A DNA stretch of 63,239 nt, the filler included, from Choristocarpus tenellus KU-1152 (lineage: Eukaryota > Protista > Phaeophyceae): assembly GCA_964200185.2 (NCBI GenBank). It is 12 parts of 12 records of this genome, joined end to end, with 100 filler letters (N's around TTAATTAATTAA, not from the genome) between each part and the next. Parts side by side here need not be neighbours in the genome. Positions count along the whole stretch, not along the records: positions 1 to 2,652 come from CAXNAD020025944.1; positions 2,753 to 5,975 come from CAXNAD020021431.1; positions 6,076 to 10,747 come from CAXNAD020013524.1; positions 10,848 to 13,911 come from CAXNAD020022574.1; 8 more parts are not named here. One strand, given 5' to 3'. Shown piece by piece: positions 1 to 11,806 of the stretch (the first letter of the stretch is position 1; every line of letters starts with the position of its first letter). Under the pieces are notes generated by a model, which had not been told where the DNA came from, searched no databases, and was given only the letters and a program-made list of their open reading frames with translations. The position numbers and the translations under genes are program-made.

Positions 1-596
1 ATGATTCCTCATCGCTAGTAGTCTACATATTTTGCCTATATGTACGATGCATTCGATTCAGGTTTCAACAAAGTATACTAGCTGTGTGCAAGAGCATTTC
101 GCACCCATATCTACTGCGGCTTGGCAAAAAAAAAGATTAAATCCAAGATTTGAGATATGTGCGACATTATGGAGGAGTATCTCTACTTCCTTGTTGTCAA
201 ACGAGGGAAACTATGCAAAAGAGAACTACTCAAGTAAAGTATTTTGCTTTGTGTGGTATGGATATGTTTATTAGCGGAGTGAGCACAGCCCTTGGTGGTG
301 GGGGGTGCTCTCTCTTATTATCTTATTGTTTATCGCGTATGTCAGCTGACTTATCAGCTGACACATCAAAACGTGTCCTGCCGTTACATCGTACTATGTC
401 ACTTATCATGTGTAGCTAGTACTATATCAGCACTCCTCCATCAGTCCATGTATATCAAGTAATAAGATATCGATCATCTGAGATTCGACCTCATTTCTTT
501 ACACACACGACATCAAGTCAATGACACTTGTTCCACTTAGCCAACACTGCTGTTGTCTAGTAGTGTTCACTAAACACGTATAAACCATATAGACTA

Positions 597-2305
597 TCAG
601 TCTATATTGCACAGAAACAAGATGGTTAGATCACCATGACCAGCAATACGAAAGGAATTCTGGCAGGCAGTGATTACCCTTCGATCTACTACACAGGGCT
701 TGTAGTTGGTCATGCACACTATCATGTTTGTCATGTGACATGTAGCCGCACTGTCGAAATTCCACTCTTCTCTTTCGTGACCAACCCCAACACTTGACAC
801 CAAATATTCATTTACCCCACACTTGCCTTGAGCATTGCTGCTCCAAGAGTCATCAGTGGCGGCCAGTAGTATGTACCGCCAGTTGTCATTGCTGCTGGTC
901 GCACTTTCCACTCTAATGTTAGAAGGTTTCGCCTCGGTCTCGTTCTTTTCTTTCCCAGACTCCACCGTAGTCATGAATGCTGAAGTACATGTTGTAGCAT
1001 CATGGGCACGTCCACCACAGTTGGTTCAAATGCGGCTTGGGCAATCTCCCTTCTCATCTCCATTCTTACCACACCTCTCACAAGGAATCTTCTCGGAACT
1101 TTTAGGGTTGGAATTAGAACTCTTTTCTTTCCTCTACCAAGAAATTTACGTTCCACCCCACGACGTTGGCCGTTACAATGAAACTGACTCTTCCTCTGTC
1201 ATGAGCTACTAACAACCAAAGCGTGGCTGTTCGTGTGTCTTGACTGCTTCCCCTCCTGGAGGGAAGCATATCACTCTCTAACAATTTTCTCTACGCCTGC
1301 TCGACATAGTGTCCTCTGCGAGGCCATCATGCACATCGCAGTATCGTAATCTGATCCGAGTGCACTCAGAAACTGTAGGAGCAGCAGCTTGTCCGAGATG
1401 ACGAGGTCCATCAACAGCATCCTCCCCCGTAGCTCCTCCAATTGGGTTAAGGTCAGGAGCGGATTTGCCGCCTTCTCCACCTTCGAAGAGAAAAACTCGC
1501 GGAACAAATGTTGGCTATTACCCACTGTATTAGGCATGAACCAATCATCTACTGATCAGAAAAGCTCACTCAGACTTGGGTGCGTATAGCACAGACCCTG
1601 GTGGTGGGTGCAACAAGAGCAACAGTTAGTGCATAGTAAGCCTCTTCGGCCATCCAGATATCATTCACACTGAACCCAACCAAGAAAGGTTCCTCGTAGG
1701 AGCGTCCTTGGTTAACTGGTCTTTCACTTGTCAATGCACCCAGGCAGTGGGTATATCGACAATGCACAATGAACGCCTCCACCAGTCCCGGTAGTCCGAG
1801 TCGTCCAATACAAAACTCGCACCAGCATGAACTCCCAATACCCGTCCATCTTCCATATACCACCAGCACACCACATCAGGAGAGTCATGTGCCCCAGCAG
1901 CAGGTACTCCCCCCAACCCATCCCCATCTCCGGTCCCGGTGGAGTCAAGGTAGCATCCATAACAGTATGTGCGCCTGACCCCATACTCACCGAAGAACCA
2001 GACCTCCGACTCGCCCCACTTCTGACGCTGACAGCATCTGAACTGTTTCCCCTCTCCGGGAAATTTTCCCTCAACATGGGTTCCATAGGACCGACTTTGA
2101 CTGGTAAATGCCCAACCGGAGGCCGTGTGCTGGGCACAGCGGCCTGGATGATGAGATGATTTCCGTCGCCGACTCTATCAGACTGAAACATGAAATTGGC
2201 AACGTTTCTTGACAGGTATACTACTGTCGCCATAAGCTGCCGGAATTCTTGAACAGATGGGCCCTCGGCAGGAACAGGTAGAATCTCATCTTCATGTGAA
2301 GACAT
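597..2305 (-). mobile_element. Degenerate Ty1/copia gag-protease region (frameshifts/stops)
   Basis: 1271..1537 resembles copia Gag (LLLQFLSALGSDYD). Two decayed zinc knuckles at ~985-1085 (CERCGKNGDEKGDC; *TNCGGRAHDATTC). Copia protease motif WNFDSAATCHMT lies in 597..974. Confidence 0.85.
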
Positions 2306-2390
2306 GATGAAATGACGGGGGCCCTATATATTGCGTTGCCGTATATCGCCTAAATAATGAAAAATAATAAAGGTGATAAAGTGAGAGTGT

Positions 2391-2495
2391 ATGAAGTAAT
2401 CTCAGTTTTGTGGGCGGAAGAATTCTGGTTGGCTGGGGGCACAGGACAAGCGTGGGTAGGGGAAAGAAAAAGAAGGAAGCAGGAAGAGAACGAAT
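2391..2495 (-). repeat. Leader/LTR-like segment upstream of the copia gag; second copy at ~26563-26672 (+)
   Basis: ATGAAGTAATCTCAGTTTTGTGGGCGGAAGAATTCTGGTTGGCTGGGGGCAC is a near-exact reverse complement of GTGCCCCCAGCCAACTAGAATTCTTCCGCCCACAAAACTCAGATTACTTCAT at ~26620-26670. Confidence 0.75.
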
Positions 2496-2652
2496 AGCTA
2501 AGGAAGGGAAGAAAGGGTTAATGGAAATGAATGGTAGATAAGGGGAAGATCAGCATCCAGTCAGTGATAAAAGGAAAGAAGACCAGGGGTACAAGACGAG
2601 GAGGGGAGACCAAGGCAACCTCCGAGCAAGCGTCTAAACAACCAGAAGGGGG

Positions 2653-2752
2653 NNNNNNNNNNNNNNNNNNNNNNNNNNNNNNNNNNNNNNNNNNNNTTAA
2701 TTAATTAANNNNNNNNNNNNNNNNNNNNNNNNNNNNNNNNNNNNNNNNNNNN
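2653..2752. other. Artificial contig-joining spacer (first of 11; TTAATTAATTAA cores start at 2697, 6020, 10792, 13956, 19010, 26811, 32482, 36142, 39468, 42359, 60190)
   Basis: Identical N-run/TTAATTAATTAA/N-run 100-bp blocks; the core has stops in all six frames. Confidence 0.99.
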
Positions 2753-2861
2753 CAAAAACCCCCAAACCAACAAAAAACCCAGAAAAACCCCCCCCCACAA
2801 ACCCGGGACAAACCCCCCCCCTTTCCACCCCCCCCCCCCCCCCCCCCCCCGGTGTTGACAC

Positions 2862-3222
2862 CTTCAGCAAGCTTGAGATGAAACTTGTCCTCAGGCAGGA
2901 CCTCGTCCTCCTGACCCCCCTCTCCCCCATCAATATCGCCATCGCCTGCACCGGACACGCCTCCACATCCCGGAACACTGCCCTTGCCCCCACACGCCCG
3001 CCCACTGAGCGCACCACCTTCTTTTTTTTTCTTGGTGCTAACCGCCTCTCCTCTTGACACCCCGTGATCAAGAGCGTGGGCAAGCAACCAGGCCTTGGAG
3101 CCTGGGTCGCACGTACCCCTCAGTGGAGTCTTGTCAACAGATACACTGAGGGTTAGGGTTCCGGCGTGTGGGTTGGAGAGACTCTGGGCAGCCCCTGGGT
3201 TGATCATGTAGGGCAGCGCCAC
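2862..3222 (-). CDS. Internal exon of a host gene, possibly PIH1/CS-like domain protein (partial)
   Basis: Acceptor tacag|GTG at 3222. Open frame VALPYMINPGAAQSLSNPHAGTLTLSVSVDK...DPGSKAWLLAHAL...LPEDKFHLKL. The LPY...LTL.V pattern recalls CS/PIH1 C-termini, by eye only. The donor position is uncertain. Confidence 0.4.
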
Positions 3223-3810
3223 CTGTACGGGGTAGGTTGTGCAGTGCGGAGATTAGAGCCAGTTCATAAATAAACAAATAAATAAATATTAAAGGAAAAC
3301 CAGCGGTCAACTCTTTCCAACATTAAAAAAAAGAAAATTTTCACGCATGGGTGATACGCCATACATCTCTATATAAACGTAAATATATATAAATCTCTCT
3401 CTCTATATATATATATTCAAACAATTGGAGACAAAATAAAAGGGAGCTGTCTTTTTACCGGTGCAAGCTGAGAAATGACAGGTGGGGTCACAGTGGCGGA
3501 ATACATTTTAATACTTTATTTTTATACTTATACACATGTATGTGTATTGTATTGTATTGTGTTGTATTGTATCATAATTGTTGGCAGAATAGTTAAGTGA
3601 TTTTCGAGTAGTCCCAATACCAACAATTGAAAAGTTATTGATTAACTCATTCGATAAAAAAAAAAATTGAAAAAAACAAAAAACAAAAACAACATACCTT
3701 GACAAATAATTTTTTTAAATTTCTGAAATATATGTATATATATATATATATATATTTTATTGTAGAAACAATCTTTTGCGTGCACCCGGTGTAACGGTAA
3801 CATCGACAAT

Positions 3811-3860
3811 CCCTAACCCTAGTATCAACGATCTACACACAACCCTAACCCTAACCCTAG
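3811..3860 (+). repeat. Short interstitial telomere-type CCCTAA units
   Basis: ccctaaccctag...aaccctaaccctaaccctag. Confidence 0.55.
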
Positions 3861-3934
3861 CCCAGTAGACAACTGAGGGACTCACTCCTACCTTGGGAAC
3901 AAAGACATTCTAACTCCAACCAACCAAAAAATAA

Positions 3935-3969
<35 letters not shown>

Positions 3970-4702
3970 CGGTTATATACAAGACAAAATATGGAAAGGA
4001 TGTAACTTTAATCAACAATAAAAATAATATCAAATTACTTTTTATTTCTTCTTTGTACTTGCACATGGTGATTCTACTTACATAGACAAGATATACCCCG
4101 AGGCTGAACCTTCATTATTATTTTTTGTATTTATGTATCTATGTGTGTGTGACTGTATGTGTGTATGTCTGTCTGTCTGTCTGTCTGTATGTCTGTATGT
4201 ATGTATGTATATGTGTGTGTCCAAATCCCAATGCCTTCTCTTCCTTTGCATAGTTTATTTGTTCTTATTTCCTTTAATGCCCGTTGTACTTGAAAACCTC
4301 TTAACCACTGTCTCCAGAAAAGATAAAAATAAGAATAATTTTTGGAATAGGAATAATAGTAACAATAATAATAAATGCCCACCTCTGATTGGCATCAGTC
4401 GTTTCAAACAGTTGGCACGTACAACGGGTGCTAAAAAAAAATACCACATTGGGAAGGCATTTCTTGTGGTTTTGCATCGGGCAGCGTATTCTAGGGTATA
4501 CCCCTTTCACGTCATGTATGGTGACGTATGTTGACGACCTATCACAGTGGCCCTTTGGAAAACCCCTAAAAAAAAAAACATACTCCAAATATATGACACC
4601 ATCTTGTGAATTAATAGTCCAGTTCATCCTACAAACCATCTGTCTCAACAGGTGCTGAACACAAGAACTGGACACAAAAAAGCCTTCAACTGCTGCTAGA
4701 GG

Positions 4703-4706
<4 letters not shown>

Positions 4707-4744
<38 letters not shown>
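4707..4744. repeat. (GT)n microsatellite
   Basis: Perfect GT run. Confidence 0.95.
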
Positions 4745-4746
<2 letters not shown>

Positions 4747-4860
4747 GGGGATTCATTTGTTTTTTATTTAAATTTAAACAATTTATTTTTCTTATTTTTC
4801 ACATACGGATCGCCGCAAGGCCAATCACCCCAACCGCTGTTCGGGATCACATGAATTCGA

Positions 4861-5010
4861 GCAACGCACGACTGCGAGCAATGCACGACTGTCAGCAATG
4901 CACGACTGTCAGCAACATTTGACTGCGAGCAACGCACGACTGCGAGCAATGCACGACTGTCAGCAATGCACGACTGTCAGCAACATTTGACTGCGAGCAA
5001 CGCACGAATG
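4861..5010 (+). repeat. 17-bp minisatellite with 68-bp higher-order unit (ABBC ABBC A)
   Basis: A=GCAACGCACGACTGCGA, B=GCAATGCACGACTGTCA, C=GCAACATTTGACTGCGA. Confidence 0.9.
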
Positions 5011-5171
5011 TAAGGAACTGCAGAGGTCGCCCCGCACAGGCAACCAACCGGTCGGTCGGTCAGTCAGGGCAGCAACCTTTCAAAAAAAAAAAAAGGGGAG
5101 AAGAGGGTAGGGACAAATAACAAAAAAAATTTGATAGACACGAACGGGGCAGGCACATGAGTGCTGCGAAA

Positions 5172-5263
5172 ACAGACAGGTAAACAAACAGTAGGTGTAA
5201 CAGACAGGTAAACAAACAATAGGTTGTAACAGACAGGTAAACAATAGGTTGTAACCGACAGGT
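5172..5263 (+). repeat. Short tandem repeat (ACAGACAGGTAAACAA...TAGGT(T)GTA), ~3.5 units
   Basis: Direct reading. Confidence 0.8.
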
Positions 5264-5649
5264 TACTAGTCGAGGTTCACTACGGACAGATCTGAAAAAT
5301 CCTCAATTTTTTTCTTCTATTTTTTTCCAAACAAAAAAAAAAGGGTACGGCACCAAAGAAAAGTGAACTCATCGTTGACGGCATGGGGGTATACCTCAGA
5401 ATGCCACCTGTGGTTGTTTGTGCAGTACTAGTACCTTATATTTCTAGCAAGTACAATTTGCGTGACAATAACAATAAATAGTAATAATAATAATAAGAAG
5501 AAGAAAATCATACACATTTACAGATATCATACCATAAACATTATAGATAGTTAATTTTTATTATCATACCCTCTTGACATTTTGGAGATGTATCAGGGGA
5601 AAAAACAAATGAAAACTATACATACGTCATTATTAGCCCTAAGGAAATA

Positions 5650-5850
5650 GATCTCATACATACCATGCACATTACAGATACCACACATACCATAAAACAT
5701 TATAGATATCATAAACATTACAGATATCACAGATACCATACACATCGTGTCATACATATCATACACATCACAGATATCATAGATATCATGCACAGCATGA
5801 TACCATACACATCAGATATATCATACACATGACAGATACCATAAAAATCA
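5650..5850 (+). repeat. Degenerate low-complexity array (CAGATATCAT/ACACAT motifs)
   Basis: Recurring cagatatcat/cagataccat/catacacat units. Confidence 0.7.
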
Positions 5851-7389
5851 TACCTGTAGCTGACGGTGTCCAGAGACCTTGATTGTGATCTCAAATGCTG
5901 ATGCATGGACAACAGCCTTCACAAAAAACAAATTGCATTGGTGCCCCAACCACAACATCAAGGAGAAGGGGGGGGNNNNNNNNNNNNNNNNNNNNNNNNN
6001 NNNNNNNNNNNNNNNNNNNTTAATTAATTAANNNNNNNNNNNNNNNNNNNNNNNNNNNNNNNNNNNNNNNNNNNNCCAAATCACCAAAAAATCGCGACAC
6101 GGAAAAATGGGCCCCAAAGGGACAGCCGCCAACCCCCCCCCCCTCCCCAGATACTTTGAGTCGGACACAGAGGAACATTCCTCTGAGAGTCAGTTTGCTC
6201 CTATCATCTCCCAACAACGTTATCACAAGGAAGTTTGAACGTTCTGGCAATATTTATTTCATGCTTGTGGATGGCACTGCGTGCTAGATTGGAGTAGTAG
6301 AAAAACGTAGTAGTAGAAAAACGTAGGTGTGCAGTATGTACCCATAATTGCAATCAATGCTCCACCTCAGAAGTGCCCCATGCGATGGATACCAACGGAT
6401 GTTCATTACTTCTGTACTCTCTGATGTCTGCTCCGCACCCTGCCCTTGTTACACTGAACTCTAAACTAATTTTACTCCGTGTATCCAGAACCTTTTTTGT
6501 CAGTATGAGCAGGATGGCTGTGGCCATCGTGTGCTGTACTTGGCGAACAATGGAGAAGTAGGATCAAGGCTGGGGATCATCAATGCGGCCACCTTCCCAT
6601 TGGCAACAATGCATACGACAGATTTGATGCATGCACTGATACCCTGAGTTATTGCGCTGAGGTTCAACCTGAGAAAAGTCTTCCAAATCACAAAGCTTAT
6701 CCTCCCAAAATGCAATGGTCAATGAGATGATGGAAGAACCCCAGCAGGTACTGCTGGACCATGGGGGAATTCTTCTCTGTACTTCTGTTTGGGCTAATAG
6801 GTCCTAGCGACTATTTTTGATTTCCCTCAACAGGTTCCAAATCAAGTACCCCTTCCTGGGCTGGGGGTGTCTGGCTGTTGATCTCTCTCTCACTGGTTCA
6901 CAGTGCTGTTGCATTTTGGTGGAATATAGGCGTTGCAAGCCCAAAAAACTTCCAGGTCTTCTCCTCTGCTTGCAGTATCTGAGAGTTATCAGTGCTGTCA
7001 TCAAATCCAATGTAGGCATTGTCTATGCTGCCAAGTTGGAACCTTATGGTCCGCCGTGACTAATCTAAACCTTGATATTTATTTTCCTCTCCCTTCACTC
7101 TTCTTGTCCCCCATCCCCCCCTCCATTGAAGCAAGTCACGTCAACAGATAAATTGCCTTTCCCATCCCCTACCTTAATTCCCACCCTTAGGTTGAACTCA
7201 CAAGGAACCAGTGTCTAGAGAATACTTGCACAGACCAGAATGCTGGGGCATACTGCAGGACATGAGGCCATCCATGACAATAAAACTTATCATTCATGTG
7301 GCCATTGCTTTCACCCCCCATTTTTCCCCTCCTTCCGACTTCCTCTGCACTTACTCCTCTGTTCTCCCTGCGCCCTTCATGACCCCAGT

Positions 7390-7654
7390 GAGCCAGAGTA
7401 AACGAGAGGTACTCAGGTTTTGATAATTTTTCTTTTTAAGCCTGTTTTTCAATCTTTTGCAATTCTTCCATTTTTTTATTTTATGGATGAGGTTCAAAGT
7501 TTGACTTGAGAGCGTTTATTTCTCTATTGTTTGAAACATTTCTTACACCATTCAGAAAATGTCCTGTGCATATTTGTAAAAAAAAATGAGCCTTGCACAT
7601 GCTTGTCAGCATCCTGAAAATGCAACTAGGGGTACCTCTTGTTTACTTTCACTC
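7390..7654. mobile_element. MITE family C (second copy 52698-52984)
   Basis: TIRs GAGCCAGAGTAAACGAGAGGTAC...GTACCTCTTGTTTACTTTCACTC; AGT duplicated at both flanks; internal similarity to 52698-52984. Confidence 0.75.
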
Positions 7655-8220
7655 AGTATTGTTTGGGGATGAGATATACTAGGAACATGTCATGTCCTTA
7701 TCAACAGTCACTTGCCCACTCATCAGTCAGTGCAGATTTTCTGTTGTTTGTGTGTGTGTGGGGAGTGATGGTGAGTGGGGTGTAGACCCTTCACACCAGG
7801 TCACACTCCATGATTTCAAGTAGGACAACATTGCTGTTGTACTGCAACCAAATTATCGGGAGATAGCGGTTGATCCCTGTGCGACCTCACCAATCCCCAA
7901 CATTTTATGTCATCCAATGCGTGGAATACTTAGCAGTTCAGCGGCATGTAGATACGGAATTTCAATCTTCGACTGCAAGGTCCGGTGATAATCGCAGCTA
8001 CCTGCTCATATTCGTTGTATCCTCTTTGAGAGCATTGAGGTATGTGGCGACTGACTGGACAACCACATGATTGTGTTCCACCTCTGTCTGTACAGGATTC
8101 AGACCAACTAGGGTTCCTGAGGGTAGTGGGCTCTGGAAACCTCACAGATCAAGAATCTACTCATGTACAACACCTACTAGAAATAGGCGGATCCACAGAC
8201 ATTGGGAATGTCTGACAGGA

Positions 8221-8352
8221 GACTCAAAGTATCTGGGGGGGGGGTCTACAAAGGGTGTCCATTTGGGCCCTGACCAGGAAAAGTGCACTTATACATCATC
8301 CATCTGACGGATCCAACCAAATCACCCCAACCCCCCCGAGATATTTTGAGCC
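8221..8352. mobile_element. MITE family B, short complete copy (others: 6076-6162, 26867-26888, 32538-32561, 42415-42432, ~52294-52449, 60109-60145, ~60285-60476, 60735-60913)
   Basis: TIR GACTCAAAGTATCTGGGGG...CCCCCCGAGATATTTTGAGCC; 4-bp TSD AGGA (8217-8220/8353-8356); the longer copies share the core CCAGGAAAAGTGCACTTAC. Confidence 0.85.
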
Positions 8353-10949
8353 AGGAGTGGCTGTACATCAGCTACAGGTCCAATACGGTGAATCCCACCC
8401 CTCACGCATGTCGCAATATGTTGAGCATTCACAGTCACCAGGTCCGAGCTCAAAGTGGAAACAACTTAGAGTTTATGAATTAACTGTTGAGTCTCTCTTC
8501 CCTGTCCAGTCCATCACACCCATCGGATATCAGACCTTCCCAACTGAGCTGAGACACCACCTTTCGATCGACCATGTTTATCACTATTTCTCCTAAGTAG
8601 TCTATCTGGTTTGCGTACACCCTTCTGATCACTCGTCATACGACCAAATATTGTGGGGTTTTATACCTCCTCCACCATTCTTCTATCCTCTGTCCTCTTC
8701 CTCCTCTCATCCATATCTCCTGTCGTCGTCAGCCCTGCCGCATCTTCGGAGCACTCCCATGAATTTCCTCCCTAGTGTCTCCTGGTGTCCTTGGTACTAT
8801 AATATAAGTTCGTAAGAACATTACTTGCTTTTTGACTTTTGCCATACCACGTCCTTTGCGTCTTTTGGGCGATGGATCAAAACAACTCTCCCTATTGTTC
8901 TGCTCCATAAGATTTATATTATGTGAATCTCGATGCTCTACATCCAGTGATCAAGGGAAGGCAACTCACCTCAAAAAACGAGTAACCCATGGTCCTCCTC
9001 TCACCACGGGTATGCCCAGGATATTGTAGTTTATGGCCAGGTTTTACACACCCAACATTGAGGTATGGGATGGATATACATACTGAGGTAGTACCTTGTT
9101 CTGAACGTTTTTGAACGTTTCATGACTGAAGAATTCTCGTGTCCTCGCGCGCTCCTGTTCACCCCATCACGCGCTGTCGCGTACTCATATTATTGGTGTC
9201 ACCTCACCAACCTCACGTTCAATCTCAACTTGTCATTCCATCCTCCTAGTCAGAGGGCCACTACCCTTCTCACACAATAACCTGTACATCTACAGGGTTC
9301 TAAATTAGGGGTAGCAAGCAGTTTAGAGGACATCCTGGGATTAGAAAAATGGCCCCCATTTGTCAAGTGTTTGGAGGGATGACATTGTGCGCATGCTTCT
9401 TGACAGGAGAGACGTTCGTCGTGGGGGGTTTGAGGGGGACCGAACTTTCGCAGAAGTCAAGGGGAGGTGCGTGTGCTTCAGTATGTCACAATCTTGTCTT
9501 GTAGCCCAGAAGGAGGCGGTATGCCACAGTGTGCAATGCTCATGTTGAAGCTGGAGTATTTTTTGTGGCTCAGGTTGAAAGACTTCCTGCATGAGGACAC
9601 CCACATCCCATTTCCCAGCAAAGACAAAGTGACCGGATATCTCAAGAACGTATGAACTTATCGCGTTTAGTGTCTGGAGGCTAGAAAATAACCCCCCCCC
9701 TTGCGCCCTGCTCTGGTGACCAAGAGGCTAGGGTGTTGTGGGGTTGGTGAGTATGGGTTGCATTTTTTTCCCCTAACCAGGGGGTATTCGCATCAAGAAC
9801 GAAATCTACCACAAGTTATTCGATCTCGCCAACATTCTACGTCTTGATGACACAATGCCTCAAGGACGTAGCCCCTAAAAATCTGATCGTTACGAAGGCA
9901 ACTACTGAGTCACATCATTAATAGGTTTTCACTGCAATATTTGTGGTACTTTGTTGACGGCGTGTGTAAAAATTGCAAGTTTTTCGTCATGATTGTTAAA
10001 GTATGTCAGTGCACCGAGTCCCAGATCCGTGTGAAATTACTCACACACCTTATGACCGTTCGTTTGTGGCGGTGTGAAGTCAAGTAGCAACATGTCATAC
10101 ATAGTTTCCACGCAAGCATTTCTTGTTGAAGAATACGATAATGCGCACACTGAGTGCACCATCTGTCGTTCACGAGTAAACATCTTCACATTGTATGCAA
10201 CTACAACATATCTGACCTTTTTGTGTGTGCCCTGTGCCCTGTGTTGTATGCCGTAGTCTGCCAATTGTGTTTCTCCTCGTAGCCCTCTGATATATGCGAT
10301 ACGGTGTTTTTGTAGTGGTGATCCAGAGTCTTACTGTCACACCAATTTTTGTACAACGTTGAGGATGATTTAGGTAAAACTGGACTTTGGTTGTAGGGCT
10401 GGGTCATTATCAGAACAACAGCCCACAGTGCTGGCAGACATGAAGTAACTCAGTATAACGTACGTCATTTTTGAGTACTTGTGCACTGTGTAAACCAGTG
10501 TGTTGTGCCCAGGTCAAGCGCACAAGATCATGCATATTTTTTCCATTCCATGTATATAAAAAAAAATGGTCGCACAGGGTTGTTAACTCTAGGGGAGACA
10601 CGCGCTGAGTGCTGCGATGTCTTTGGGATAAGAACAGAGGCCTGAAACCTATTCAGGCATGGGCTAACTAGGGGTGGAGGAAGGAAATGAAATATTTATT
10701 ATTGAGGCATGTTCATTCCTCTTTAATCGCCTCCCTGATTGCACCCCNNNNNNNNNNNNNNNNNNNNNNNNNNNNNNNNNNNNNNNNNNNNTTAATTAAT
10801 TAANNNNNNNNNNNNNNNNNNNNNNNNNNNNNNNNNNNNNNNNNNNNGACGTTTCTGCTGATGTGTGCAATAAATAACGAGGCAGAGCACCCTCCCACCT
10901 CGAGGGATGGTGCTCACTCCGCCAATAAATTCATTCTTACTACATAAAG

Positions 10950-11450
10950 CAAAAACTCTATTTGAACAGCTCTTCTGCACAGCCACCGTCGCCTACATCG
11001 ACGAGATGGCTTGAGAAGTGGTGGTGGTGAGGTGCAATAGTGGGTATGACGCTGACGAATTCGGTAGGAGCGTAAGATTCCAGTGCATTCTTACAGATTG
11101 GGGCGTGAAGTGGCTTAAGAACCCCCACGCACGCTCCAGAGCGACGGGATGGCATAGCGGGCAATGGTACAGGTAATGCAAGCGGTACGCAGTCAACTAA
11201 TACAGGCCGGGTTTGGGGAGGAATTCTTTTTTTTTGCTGTGACAAACTCCACATTCAAGACCACAGGCATGCCAAACGAGTGCCTGGGTGGCGAGGAAAC
11301 ATGGGAGCGCCTGACCAGCAAGACGTTCACTACAAGCGACTCCGTGTGTTCGGGAAAGAGTGCTTTGTGAAACAGACCAAGCAAGAGGGCGGTGCGAATG
11401 CCGGGGATCCTCGTCGGGCACGACAGGTGGTCACTGTGCTGGCACGTGTG
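10950..11450 (+). mobile_element. Degenerate Ty1/copia integrase fragment
   Basis: Across frames: DADEFGRS...WGVKWLKNP; MVQVMQAVRSQLIQAGFGEEFFFFAV; YKRLRVFGKECFV, matching the copia LRVFGCxCY motif. Confidence 0.65.
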
Positions 11451-11806
11451 GATCTCGCAGGAAGGTAAGCTGGTGACCTCTGTGAAAGTATCTCCCAAAT
11501 CATTAAAGGCTAAGGTGATAAATCTAGCGAGATTGCTTGTTGTCAATAGGGTGATTAATGTAAGTGGGGCATGCAAACCCCATAAAATTTGTAATATTTC
11601 CTTTTGTATGAGAAATTCTCATAAAACTAGTCAGTAGTAAAAGGTTTTGATAGCTCAACCACTAATTGATTGTTCCGTTACTCCATACATATTGTGCCGT
11701 AACTGTCCGATAGAGGTGGAAGAGTCTAACCGAAAACCCTCCCAAGCTCAAACAACTCGTGAGAACTTACAAGAAAACAATTAAGAATCTTAGGAGACTC
11801 CTCAGG

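Noticed and set aside
2697-2708. Recurring TTAATTAATTAA motif and ORFs ending in X...LIN
   Set aside because: Artificial contig linker.
4131-4922. ORFs with CVCV/THTH/YIYI runs (also 5593, 29653, 59132, 59179)
   Set aside because: Microsatellite translations.
4483-5404. Short imperfect inverted repeat (ATTCT.GGGTATACCCC) around the minisatellite block
   Set aside because: About 30 bp with many mismatches; no defined termini or TSD.
9850-10610. Minus-strand broken ORFs with VVAYNV, reminiscent of IS4/piggyBac C-termini
   Set aside because: No catalytic DDE motifs identifiable; may be decayed coding DNA but cannot be assigned.
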